Positions 26,343-38,350 of a stretch of DNA of 64,000 nucleotides are shown piece after piece; position 1 is the first letter of the stretch, and each line of letters starts with the position of its first letter. Made by a program: the position numbers and the translations under genes. The notes under the pieces were generated by a model, which saw only the letters and a program-made list of their open reading frames with translations, had not been told where the DNA came from and ran no database searches. The DNA is from Octopus sinensis (lineage: Eukaryota), in contig NC_043008.1 of the NCBI RefSeq assembly GCF_006345805.1, positions 37,014,001 through 37,078,000 on the forward strand, given 5' to 3'.

Positions 26343-26560
26343 TTAATCCATTAGCATTCAGATTACTCTGTCAATTAAAATGCCTATTTATTCACATTGT
26401 TTTGAATTGATCCTGCATTATCTTGTTGCTCCATGATATCAATTATGTGATTATTCATTTTTAGAATGACATTGTAGGGTAGGCGTGAGAAGCAGGATCT
26501 GGTCAGTCTGAACATAAAACAGGTAGAATATTTGGGCCCACTATGGCCAGATTAAATGCT
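26343..26560. mobile_element. TTAA-type MITE, right end damaged
   Basis: Starts ttaa-tccattagcattcag and ends ttaaatgcta; resembles a remembered octopus TTAACCCTTTAGCATT MITE. Confidence 0.5.
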
Positions 26561-26594
26561 AGAGCCATTCTCATGAAAAGCCATAATTTTTCAA

Positions 26595-27290
26595 ATTTTT
26601 GGCATTGCTGTGGAACTGTCCATGTAACTGCATTTCTTCCTTTCTTTCATAAATTATCCTTTTTTCCTTTTCTCTTGAAGTTAAGCATAATTCTAGTTTT
26701 ATTGCAGCATGTTTAACTAGGTCTTCTTCACTCTTTCTAATGTAGAGATTTACTTTTATTCTTTCATCGACATTATCAGAAATACTCTACCTCCAATCTT
26801 CCATTCATGTATAAATGGCTGACATTTGCCCCCAGATGAAGCACCCCGAGCATAGTTGGGTTTCTTTCCTTCTTGTTTTTGTATCCTTTGCCTCTATTTC
26901 ATCTCTCATCCAATTCACTATTCCAGCACGATAGCACATGATGGCAACTGCCCAGAAATTGACTGCATTTGTCAAATTCTTTGAATGAAGTTTGGACTTC
27001 AATGCAAGAATTAATCTTTAAAAATATATTTTCACTTTTTTTCTTTTTCTTAGTGTCATTGACTTCTAGTCTGCAAACATTCTTTTATCCAATACCATCA
27101 GATTCTAAAATCCATTCTTCCAATAGTGAAAAAAATTTTGTTTTGATTTATTTATGGATATATATATAAGAAGACTTTGGAAAATTTTATTTCACGTCCA
27201 TCACAAATGTTCTTGAACACTATAATTTTGTATTCTATCAACAGACATCATCATCATCTTCATTTCATACTTTCATTGCTATTCTCATAG
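26595..27290 (-). mobile_element. Decayed Dong/R4 post-RT fragment
   Basis: KSKLHSKNLTNAVNFWAVAIMCYRAGIVNWMRDEIEAKDTKTRR, and downstream MQLHGQF. Confidence 0.7.
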
Positions 27291-27309
27291 ATGGGTATCC
27301 GTTATCCAT

Positions 27310-27715
27310 TACTCGTTTCAATCTTTGGACTGTGCCATGCTGGAGCACTTGAAGCGTTTAGTTGAAAAAATCAACATCAACCCAAGTACTTATTTTTAAA
27401 GCCTGACACTTATTCTATTGGTCTCTTTTGCTGAACTGCAATGTTCCAGGGATGTTAGCACACCAACACCAGTTGTCAAGTTGTGACAGGGGACAAACAC
27501 ACACACACACACACGTGCACACACATACGCACACATGCACACAAATACAAACACACACACACACATACATTTACAAACACATATATAAGATGGGCTTCTT
27601 TCAATTTCCATCCACCAAATCCACTCACAAGACTTTTGTCCGCCAAGACACTCGCTCTAGGTGCCATACAGTGGGACTGAACCCAGAGCTATGTGGTTGG
27701 AAAGCAAACTTCTTA
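27310..27715 (-). mobile_element. Family A SINE with internal (CA)n
   Basis: Reverse-complement match. Confidence 0.75.
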
Positions 27716-28682
27716 CTAGGCAGTCCTGGTTGGGGGAAGGAAGAAGTATTTATTTTTGGCCTTGCTACCATAGCCAGAAGCCCTTTCTAATACCAATCAC
27801 TTAACTGTATACAGAATGTATTTATGTTTGTCACCAGCTCTGGAGGGGTCAGCACAACTTTGGCAAAACTAAGGATCCTCCCAGCCCCTTACTTAGCAGA
27901 GTGTAAATGTTATTGTGGTGCCAGCTGTGATTATTAGATGATTAGTTATTTTTAGAATGACATTGTAGGGTAGGTGTGAGAAGCAGGATCTGGTCAGTCT
28001 GAACATAAAACAGGTAGAATATTTGGGCCCACTATGGCCAGATTAAATGCTAGCGCCATTCTCATGATAAGCCATAATTTTTCACATTAATCGAAGAGGA
28101 AAAACATAGAGAAGATAGGGGTGAGGCAAGGAGGAATATCAAGAGATGGTTAAATGGTGTGAGTGGATGTTGGATGATGGTACTGAATATCCAGAAGAAA
28201 GTATCCGCAGTGTGTATGGAATACATGTAAATCTCAGAATGACTTAATCTTAAGGGTGGATGAGAAAAGATGCTCGCTACAGTGATAGTAGCTTTCTTGT
28301 AAACAAATACAAACTTGTAAACAGAAAAACAATACAAACAGAAAATAGAGAAAACTAACAAAACGATACAGATAAAGAAAATAGTTCTAATGGAAAAATA
28401 AGGAATCTGAATATTTTTAGCCACCCATCTCTGATGTAACTAGGTATGTTTGGGTGTATCCTAAAATATAGTACAAAAAGTGATAAAAGGACAAAGTTAT
28501 TAGGTGCTCTGGCCCAGCCTAACCAATAGGTTCTCACATGTGTATGGCTGGGTAAGCCTAAATGTTTTACATGATTCTAAATTAATTTATAATGGGCTTT
28601 AATTATTGTTTGTTTTAGATAACTTTTGTATTCAATCCATGAATGAATTATATTTATTAAATTTTAGTATATTACTAAATTT

Positions 28683-30016
28683 GGATCTTTTCAGTTTGGC
28701 TTACAGTTTTTTTAATTATTTTTTTTTAACTAAACAGTTTGAAACTTCATACAATGGTGTAATTTCTCATGCAGAACATGGTTTACTTTGAACATTTTTG
28801 ACCAAATTTCGATGTTGCACTTGGGTAATTTTAACCAATCAATGACATGTATCCAGTTGAAGAAAGCTGCTGCGGTTTGCGATAGTAATCGAAGAGGAAC
28901 AACTTCTGGGTCATCTCTACTAAATGTCACCACTCTTTTCTATCTTATTTTTGTTTACTACCCATGTTGCATATTACTTTTTTTTTTTTAGTTCTTGCAT
29001 CAGAGTAACCAGTAAACATCAAAGAATCAACACCAAAAAGGAAGGAATATTATTTACATGCGTTTATTCATTTACCCAACATTGGTATTTAAGCCACAGG
29101 GCAGAATTTGGGAGAACACTTTGGTTTTATCCACACATAAAGCACACTGGTGTTTAGAAGACTTATAGAGCTACAGGTCCGCAGCTAGCTTTTTTGTTGT
29201 CGACGTGTATGTAGTTTCAAAATGTCTTATTTTGCAACTATGAGATGTATTGTTATTGTTATGATTTCATCCTACTATAATCAACAACAAACACATTTCG
29301 TCAAAATAAAACTCTTTATTAGATTAAAAATAACATTATCAAAACATAAAGGTAAAACCAAACAAATATGCTTTGTTTTCTTCCAGGCATCAATGTATTG
29401 TAGCCGTAGTCTTTCATGTTGTTCACCAACCGACTTTTCCTCTGAAAAAATCAGTGGAATCAGTCGATCTCCATAGACAAATTGTTTTCCTCCTGAAACT
29501 TATAAAAAAGTACACCTATTAGGTGCACCTTTCTATAAGTCACACACTAAATTTTCCAGGTAAAAAATAGCAACTTATACACTGGAAAATAAGGTAATTG
29601 TAATGGCAGTGACAAGTTCACTCGCTGGCTGGTAGTTGATAGTATAGAAGGAGATGTCTACAAGTAGAGAGGAAAAGAGTAAGGAATGCATGGTGCTGAC
29701 TAGAAAGGAAGAAAGGATAACATATGAATAGAATAGACTGTTGACATTTAGTAGAGATGACCCAGAAGCTGTTCCTCTTCAATTGCTATCACAAACAGCA
29801 ATAGCTCCCTTCAGCCGAATACACGTTGTTGATTGGTTAAAATTACCCAAATATGACAACTTTAACATGAAATAATTTCTAAAATACAATGTTTTGTTAA
29901 AAATGTTCAAAGTAAACTGTGTTCTGCATGAGAAATTACAACAGTATACAAATTTTCAAACTGTTCAGTTGGAAAAAAATTACTTAAAAAATCTGTGTGC
30001 TCAACTGAGCAGATCC
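28683..30016. mobile_element. Long-inverted-repeat (fold-back) element
   Basis: Arms about 28683-28929 and 29742-30016. Blocks 28891-28929/29742-29780 match 38/39 and 28759-28799/29899-29939 match 39/41. Confidence 0.75.
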
Positions 30017-30051
30017 TTAAATTTTATTAAATCTTAATACATTCATTATGT

Positions 30052-30351
30052 GTGGAGGCGCAATGGCCCAGTGGTTAGGGCAGCGGACTCGTGGTCGTAG
30101 GATCGCGGTTTCGATTCCCAGACCGGGCATTGTGAGTGTTTATTGAGCGAAAACACCTAAAAGCTCCACGAGGCTCCGGCAGGGGTTGGTGATCCCTGCT
30201 GTACTCTTTCACCACTCTTTCTCCAATTCTTTTTTCTGTTGGCCTGTTCGCTTAGCCAGCGGGGTGGCATCATTCGAAGGCTAAAACAATGCGAATGCAT
30301 TGTGACCAGCGATGTGTAACTACATCTGATGGACTGGTCGGTCACGTGATC
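30052..30351 (+). mobile_element. tRNA-Arg-like-headed SINE (family C1) with 13-bp TSD
   Basis: Perfect TSD acattcattatgt at 30039-30051 and 30352-30364; tRNA-like head tggcccagtggttagggcagcggactcg...ggtttcgattccc. Confidence 0.9.
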
Positions 30352-30926
30352 ACATTCATTATGTATTGTCCTCACTCATCATCTCACATTTTTGTGCAAC
30401 TTTGTCTTGTTCTTCCTCACATGTTTTGTAACTCTTATATAATCATCATCATCATCATCATTATCATTATCATCATCATCATCATCATCATCATCGTCAT
30501 CATTTTGTTACAATACTGAAAAGCAGTGGAGTGAATATATCAATGCCTTTTCTGTATTCATTTCCTGTTCATCAACATCCTGATTCCAACAGTGTTGTGG
30601 GGGTCGCTTTCCTTTTACCGATTCAAGTTTTCTATGTACCATTTATGTACTGAGGTCAATTCAATTGACTTTACAATTATCCTGTCCTAAGAAATATCTT
30701 GTCCTTATGCTAATGTAATAATCCATCAACATCAACATTATCACCATCATCATTGCCATCTTCGTCATCATTTTCATCATCATTTTTATTGTTATTATTA
30801 TTGATTATCCCTAGAGGTCCCTCCTGTATCAGGCAGACCACATCACTATCATCATTTTTTCCCCTTCTTTCTTCTTACTGTTGTACACTATGTATGCTTC
30901 TCTTCTTTTTATTGTATACCATATAT

Positions 30927-30961
<35 letters not shown>

Positions 30962-31086
30962 TATGTATATATACATATATATATGTATATATTATCATTA
31001 TATGTAAATCCCCACACTTTATGACTGTCTTTGTATTGTCCCCCTCATCTTTCATACTGGTGGCAAATAAAAGAAATCATTGTTGC

Positions 31087-31150
<64 letters not shown>

Positions 31151-31153
<3 letters not shown>

Positions 31154-31304
31154 TCTGTTGTAATTTTATCGCATGCTTTTACTGCATTAGCAAGCGCAGC
31201 TTTGTGTGTCTTGCGTATGAGTAGTATTTGGCTTTATCATTTCCATTGTATTGAATGTATCCCACGCAATATATGTGCAGTGCTGAGTAGTGCTCTTTTC
31301 TGTT

Positions 31305-31306
<2 letters not shown>
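31151..31306 (-). mobile_element. Dong/R4 3' fragment between TAA arrays
   Basis: KQKRALLSTAHILRGIHSI end motif plus 3' UTR, flanked by (TAA)n. Confidence 0.7.
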
Positions 31307-31350
<44 letters not shown>

Positions 31351-32210
31351 GTCATTTACTTTTAATCTGCATCTTTGATGCAATCACTTGCCGGGCACAC
31401 CCAGCGCCCTAGGGCAAGTGAAGGTTAAGAGTTGTTGAAATATAGCTGAAAGCTTGGGGAGGGGAAGTAGAGATATATCTCCATGTAATGCAAACACAAA
31501 CATTTACATTGATAGGGTTTTTCTAAGGATGTGGGCAGTACTTGTTAGCACAATCTTTTGGATTTCCTTGAGACATGGTTTTCCAGGGATATTGTCTAGG
31601 TGTTTCTGACATCCCTTTTTTATCATACCTAGGGCACCTACAATACAGGAACAGTTTTTGTTTTAAGATTCCACATCCTCTGTATTTCGATTTCCAGGTC
31701 CTTATATTTACTAAGTTTGTCAAATTCCTTGACAGATACATTTTTATCAGTGGGGACGCTTACTTCTATTAGTCTGCAGGTATTTTCTTCCCTGTCTTTC
31801 ACAATTATGTCTGGTCGATTAGCCTTGATCGTTCTGTCAGTGTTGACTGGAAAATCCCAGAGGATGGTGACATCTTTACCTTCAACAACTGGCTGAGGAT
31901 GGTGTTCATACCAGTTAGCAGGAGTGTCGGATTTGTAGTGTTTACATATCTTCCAATGTATATACTGTCCTACCCTATCGTGGCGATTTTTGTATTCGTT
32001 TGGTGTCAGCACAGGACATCCCGAAACGAGATGGTCTATTGTTTCGTCAAATGTGTCACAGAATCTGCATTTAGGGTCAGTACCGTTTCGGAGAACGTTA
32101 GCCTGGTAATTTCTGGTAAACAAGCTTTGATCTTGTGCTGCCATTATGAAGCCTTCAGTCTCTGCTTTCAATCCAGAGCTCTTCAGCCACTGATGGGTTG
32201 TTGCTTGGTC

Positions 32211-32211
<1 letters not shown>
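31351..32211 (-). mobile_element. 5'-truncated Dong/R4 non-LTR retrotransposon (CCHC + REL endonuclease)
   Basis: HQWLKSSGLKAETEGFIMAAQDQ, CRFC..ETIDHLVSGC zinc knuckle, RHD, NRPDIIV..D..K nuclease motifs. One frameshift near 31640, then VGALG...STAHILRKTLSM* (stop 31504-31506). TAA arrays at 31307-31350 and 32212-32258. Confidence 0.92.
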
Positions 32212-32259
<48 letters not shown>

Positions 32260-32260
<1 letters not shown>

Positions 32261-32500
32261 GGCAGCGAGCCGGTGGAATTGTTTGTGAGTTTGGAAAAAA
32301 TGCTCATTAGCATTATTTCTTCTAGTTCCTTACATTCTGAGTTCAAATTCTGTTAAAGTCGACATTGCTTTCCGTCCTTTTGAGCATCAACTAAATATGT
32401 ACCAGTTGTACACTGGGGTTAATGTAGTTGATGTCATTGACTGTCTCCTCTTCCTCTAAAATTACTAACCTTGTACCAAAATTTAAAACCATCATTTTCA
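32260..32500 (+). mobile_element. Family B SINE variant flanked by (TTA)n
   Basis: Begins aaggcagcgagc directly after (TTA)n; ends ccaaaatttaaaaccatc...attattatt. Confidence 0.65.
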
Positions 32501-32670
32501 TGATTATTATTATATTATATTATTATTATTATCATTATTATTATTATTATTATCATTATTATTATTATTATTACTTTACTTCTCAGAGCTCTCAGTCTTA
32601 CTTGCTCTGGTTGGTTCTGTGAGAGTGGACAACAATCTGTTGTCAGAGGTCTCACAGGGTCTCCTTCCTA

Positions 32671-32705
<35 letters not shown>

Positions 32706-32707
32706 TT

Positions 32708-32813
32708 TCAGTAGTTTTATTTTTATAGCGTGCTTTCACTTCACTACCGAGCGCAGCTCTGTGTGCCTTGGGTATGTGCTGTGATTTGTTGTGATGCTCT
32801 GATGGTTATTGTA
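32708..32813 (-). mobile_element. Dong/R4 3' end embedded in (TAA)n
   Basis: Near-identical twin of 24588-24693. Confidence 0.65.
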
Positions 32814-33395
32814 TTATTATTATTATATTATTATTATTACTATTATTTATCATAATATTATCAGCTGTTATTCTCTTCTATGCATGCTTCTGCTGTACAC
32901 TACATGATGCAACTCTGTCTTTCAGGAATATGGAATTATATTTGTATACTACATAAGATTTTGATTTCTTGCAGGATTTGTTTTGTTGTTTGAGGTGTTA
33001 TTCTTAAAGTTTCACCTGGTTGTTGTTTGTTGTGTACAATCTGTGTTGTTCAAGATGTGTCATTATTGTTGTGGTGTGTTTTCTCTGTTGTTTGTTCAGA
33101 GTGATTGGCATTGTGTTTCAGTGTCAGACAGTTATTTGTTCAGAGTAGTGGATCTTAACCATGACCCCTTAGAAACATTCTCAGCTTGTGTGAGTGTAGC
33201 AGATATCAAGGTGGCACTTTGAGGTGGGTGCTGAATGCTTATAGGGGCCATGATTTTTTTAGGTAATAAAATATTTTAACTCGTTACATTATTTATATTA
33301 TAAAGCACATTTCCAAAGAAGATAACTATATAAATATATTACGTTTATATATTTGTTTTGCAAGATTCTTGATGTGAAATCGTGTGTTGAAACAG

Positions 33396-33528
33396 ATGTT
33401 GTTGTATTTAGGAATGGTCATTTCGCCAGTTTAGCCAATAAAGCTGAAGCAAATTAACACCAAATATATAGTGCATGTGTTTTTATTGACTAAACTGGCA
33501 AAATGACCATTCCTAAATACAACAACAT
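33396..33528. repeat. 47-bp inverted repeat with 39-bp spacer
   Basis: 33396-33442 versus 33482-33528 match 45/47. Confidence 0.85.
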
Positions 33529-34363
33529 ATATAAATATATAGATATAAAAAAATTAGAAAAAAACACCTTTCATCAATTCAAAATGAACAATTAAATTAA
33601 ATTAGTATTTCTAAATTGAATTTTTTCCCTGTAAGTTAGGATTAATATTCCCTCAAATACTTATTATAAATATATAGATATATAAATAAAATCTTTGTTG
33701 GGATTAGAATATAATTAAGATAATGTGGTATCAGTAGAAACAGGACTAATGATGTGCTAATAATCAGTATGATTGCATTCTATAAACTCATCTTCTTTAG
33801 TAATTACCATTTGCATATAATACAGAGGGAACTAGTTCATGCAATTATCTGAAAACAAAAATAGAAGGTTTATGCTGGATGGGATATAAAATAAATCACC
33901 ACATAAAAGTTTGGTTATGTTTGATCAAAAATATCTGGAGAAGGGGTTTTTGTAATATGCCCTTTGGTGAAAGGGGACACTGAACTATAAATTGATGGGC
34001 AGCCACTAGTGTCAAATATTTATTGTAAAGGTTGTGTTATGATGGCTGGAGACTGTACTGAGTATGTGTTGGGAGGGTTTCATCATGTTGGTTTGTTGTT
34101 TTTATTGTTAGTATTGTTACTTCTAAAAATGCTTGATTAGCATAGAATTCTAGAATGGCAGAATCAGACGAAATGCCTTGTAACATTTAGTTACAACCTT
34201 TTATGTTCTGAGTTCAAATCCTGCTGAGGTCAACTTTGCCATTCATTCTTCCATAAAGAACCAGTCAAGTACTAGGGTTGATATAATTAACTAGATTCTT
34301 TCACCCCCAAACTTGAGGTTTTCTGCTGATATTAGAAGCAATCATTATTATTATTATTATTAT

Positions 34364-34398
<35 letters not shown>

Positions 34399-35019
34399 TA
34401 GATTTTAAGGCAGCACGTTGGCAGAATCTTTGCTGCATCAGAAAAGTTACTCAGCATCATTTAGTCCATCTTTACATTCTGAGTTCAAATTGTGCTGAGG
34501 TCCACTTGGCCTTTCATCCTTTCGGGGTCTTGCTGGCCTTGTGCCAAATTTTGAAACCATTATTACTTCTGAGTTTGACTTTACCTGGAGCCAAGGAAAT
34601 AAATATCCACAATATTTTATGGTTTATGTAGTTCACAATAGCACTTCCCTTATCTTAAAGTGCAATGCATCCAGACAGAATAAATAACAAGACAACAGAC
34701 ATATCATATTTTAAAATAATCAAAACCATTTTCAGCAGGGGGTTTCCAGCCATTTTTTTTTATTCTGCTTACCCTTGACAATTTTCTCCCACCTACTCTC
34801 TTTTGTTCAGTAATCTGAGTTTACTTTTCTTCCATTATAAAGCAACCAACTATATAGAAATTCAAAAACTCAATAGAAGTTTTTAAACGTTGTTAAGTTC
34901 AAATAGCAGTAAAAAATTTTTTTTTTTTTTATTTTTTAGAAATAGCACATAACAATGTTATTTCATATGTTTATTAACTAATGATAAACAAATACAAGAC
35001 CCAGATACAGTCTTCTGAA

Positions 35020-35224
35020 TTAACCCTTTTGTTACCAACCCGGCTGAAACCGCCTCTGGTTCTGTAATACAAATGTCTTGTTTTCATAAGTTTTGAATTA
35101 AAATTTATGTTCCTAACACTAGCTTAATGATAACTAAATTATTTTACTAAATTCTTTGTTATATCTAAAATAATTAAGAGAAACATAGAACATCTCAAAA
35201 TAAATACAGTAACAAAAGGTTTAA
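35020..35224. mobile_element. piggyBac-like MITE
   Basis: TTAA-CCCTTTTGTTAC ... GTAACAAAAGGT-TTAA; 12-bp TIR with one mismatch, TTAA on both sides. Confidence 0.8.
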
Positions 35225-35278
35225 GCTACTCTATTAGCAAACCTATAGTAAAGAAGTGTATAATTTGAAATTTAAATC

Positions 35279-35362
35279 TGAAGTAGGACTATTTTGTGAA
35301 TATAATTTTTATTCTCTTCACCATTTTGGATTGGTATATATTCACAAAATAGTCCTACTTCA
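35279..35362. repeat. Perfect 26-bp inverted repeat with 32-nt loop
   Basis: tgaagtaggactattttgtgaatata (35279-35304) is the exact reverse complement of 35337-35362. Confidence 0.9.
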
Positions 35363-36059
35363 AATTTTAACCTAAAATTTTTTTTGTAAAATTATAATTA
35401 AAAGAAAATACAAATCTAGAATCACCAGATTTACCCCCGGGCTTGCTGAAATTTATCCCTTTGGGGGTACTTTTATCTTTTTTGGCAACCCTTAATCTAC
35501 AGGGACCTCACTACAGACTGAAAGATATCTGAAGTTGCTTCTATACCATTCTACCAAGATAATGAATATGTAAGATAATAATAATTGCTGCATTATCAAC
35601 ATTAATCTGATAAAAATGAGATAAAGTGGAAAATATGGAGTGCTTAATCAAATTTTTTGTCACCATCGTCATTTAACATCCACTTTTGCAAAGATCAGAC
35701 AGAATTCATTGAGTTAGATTTTCTATAGCTGGTTGGATACCCTTCCTGTCACCAATCCTCACTTGTTTCCAAGCTCAACAATATTTCCCCATGAGTAGAC
35801 GTGTTTTGATGGAAAATTAGAAATGAGTGACCCCTCTTGTATGATGGTGACACTCATTTTACAGTTATATCTTTATTAAAGGACAACTCCAAATAGCAGT
35901 CAGGTATTCATCAGGGTTTAATTTTTTTGCAGCCTGCTATTGTTTATCATAATTCTCTAAACTACAACTGAAGAGATTTAAAACAGGCTGTCCATTAGCT
36001 ATTAACTAATTTCTCATAACTGAATAAGTCAAAGGTTTAGGGAGGAAATACCAAACATG

Positions 36060-36700
36060 AAAGTAAAGCTTAGAATCAAGAAGTTTTAAGGTAAATTTTG
36101 CAAAGCCAAAAATTTTAATTGACAAAAAAGAGGAGGACTTAATTGCCATCTAAGAAACAGCCATACTTGATATGCAGAAAGGATTTTTTACAAGTACTGT
36201 ATGGAGCACAGAATATAAACTCTGGATGCAAAAGAGTTGTGGTAGATGCAGAGTAGTAATTAAGAGTTAGAATACTAATAAAATAAATATTTTTATATCC
36301 TCAGGAAGTTCCTAAGAAGCAGTTAATAGCTTCTGTTATGTAGGTGACCTAAATAGCAGTAATAGTCAATGTTCTGGAAAGCACGATGGCCAGAATAAGA
36401 ACGGGTGGAAATATTTCAGGAAGCTATTATCTCTGCTGGTAAAAAGGGCTTCTTTTTCAGAGTGAAGGGCAGGTTGCATGAAGTGCAATGCTGAATAGTA
36501 AGAAACCATGAACATTGAATATGGAAGACATATAAAGGCTGGAAAGAAATGGAGAAAGCAAGTACAAACTTTGTGTCATGTAACCAAACGTAAAGAGAAG
36601 ACAATATATTATGTGACAAAGAGACCTATGAAGGACACAAACGAGTGGGGTAGTCTTTATGTAATCACATGAGCTGATGGATATAACAGACTGAATCCCC
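36060..36700 (+). mobile_element. Highly decayed RTE LINE RT fragment
   Basis: LESRSFKVNFAK and EAVNSFCYVGD...GWKYFRKLLSLLV parallel the 57.8-58.1 kb translation. Confidence 0.55.
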
Positions 36701-37473
36701 TTGAGTAACACCCTACCATCATCTTAAAGAAACTGATGTATACATTTAATTATCTAATTTTTGGCAGGGTACTTCCTTCCTCCATTAGTCACACCCATTG
36801 TGTTCCATTCAGCCAAAGGATGTGAGGGCCAGAAGCAGAGCTGCCTTAAGGTATGGCACACTGGGCAGTTGCTTGGGAGCCTCATGTGCCTAGAGGCCCA
36901 ATTTTGATCTATGTATACTAAGGCATGCTTTCAGCAAATACATGCTATAAGGCCCAGAGCACTGACTTGGCTAGGAGCTTATAATGCTGCTAAGGTGACC
37001 CTAGCCCCAAAAGTGTCTATGCTTACTACATAAGCATCTAAAACAGTAGTGCAGAGAAAGTTTGGTACATAGTACCAGATCATACTTACATGCAAGTGAT
37101 GATTATGGGTTTAAATTTAAAAATAAAGAAATAAAACATAAAGACGAGATAGCCAAGGATGGAACATTGTACATCATTGGTTTGCTTGATCAGGGTTGAT
37201 ATGAGGCTAAAAACAAACATCAACAGCTAAAAGAAACAATGTTATATTGTTTGTTACATATGTTTTCATGATATTGATTTTTAACATAGAAAGAAATTCA
37301 CTTAGAGTTTTTTTGTTTTTGTTTTTTATAGTATATCATTGTTGTAATTTCATTTTGATGTCAGATATAATGATTAAATAAGTTTAAGGAAAATAGGGGA
37401 GGAACATAAAATAATGTTGAGCCATTGTTGATAGGAACATGCAGTGGCGCCATAAATCTACTGGGTGTATGTG

Positions 37474-37526
<53 letters not shown>

Positions 37527-37541
37527 CATATATATATATAT

Positions 37542-37572
<31 letters not shown>

Positions 37573-37664
37573 ATATATGTGTGCTTTCATATATGAGTGT
37601 GTATGCGTATTTATGTGTATAAATGTATATATATATGTGTGTGTGTGTGTATGTATGTGTAAAT

Positions 37665-37708
<44 letters not shown>

Positions 37709-38255
37709 TTATTCCAGGGGCGACAAGTTCAAAGGAGCTAAGTCCAGCCACTTAGAATAAAGAGCTAATGATTATGGATTAAATGTTTATATGGATGAAT
37801 GTGTGTGTGTGTGTATGTGTGTGATCTTTGCTATCATTTTATGTCTGCTTACACTGACCTCATGGGTTGGCTGAGACACAGGTTGAGGCAGTGTGGTAAG
37901 GCTGGATGCTCTTCCTGGTGCCATGGGATACAATGCAACTCTTCTAAAACCCAGGAAATATCCAGTGTGCTTCAGTATGAGGGTGTGTGTATCTTATCTT
38001 TTATCTTTTACTTGTTTCAGTCCTTGGATTAGGGCCATGCTGGGGCACCGCCTTGAAGGACTTTAATTGAATGAATTGATCCCAGGACTGATTTTCTTTT
38101 AAGCCTGGTATTTATACTATCAGTCTCTTTTGCTGAATTGCTAAGTTATAGGTATGTGAACACACCAACACTGTTTGTCAAGCAGTGGTGGTAGACAAAT
38201 ACATTGTTAAGCAGTGGGGGTGGACAAATACAGACAAAAAGACACATACACATAC

Positions 38256-38294
<39 letters not shown>

Positions 38295-38303
38295 ATATAT
38301 ATA

Positions 38304-38350
<47 letters not shown>

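Noticed and set aside
28125-28250. Protein-looking frame GKEEYQEMVKWCEWMLDDGTEYPEESIRSVYGIH
   Set aside because: Bounded by stops, no convincing acceptor, no recognised family.
30052-30130. tRNA-like sequences at 30052, 51843, 61860 and 62890
   Set aside because: They are SINE heads: no complete acceptor stem, they continue into repeat bodies, and two have TSDs.
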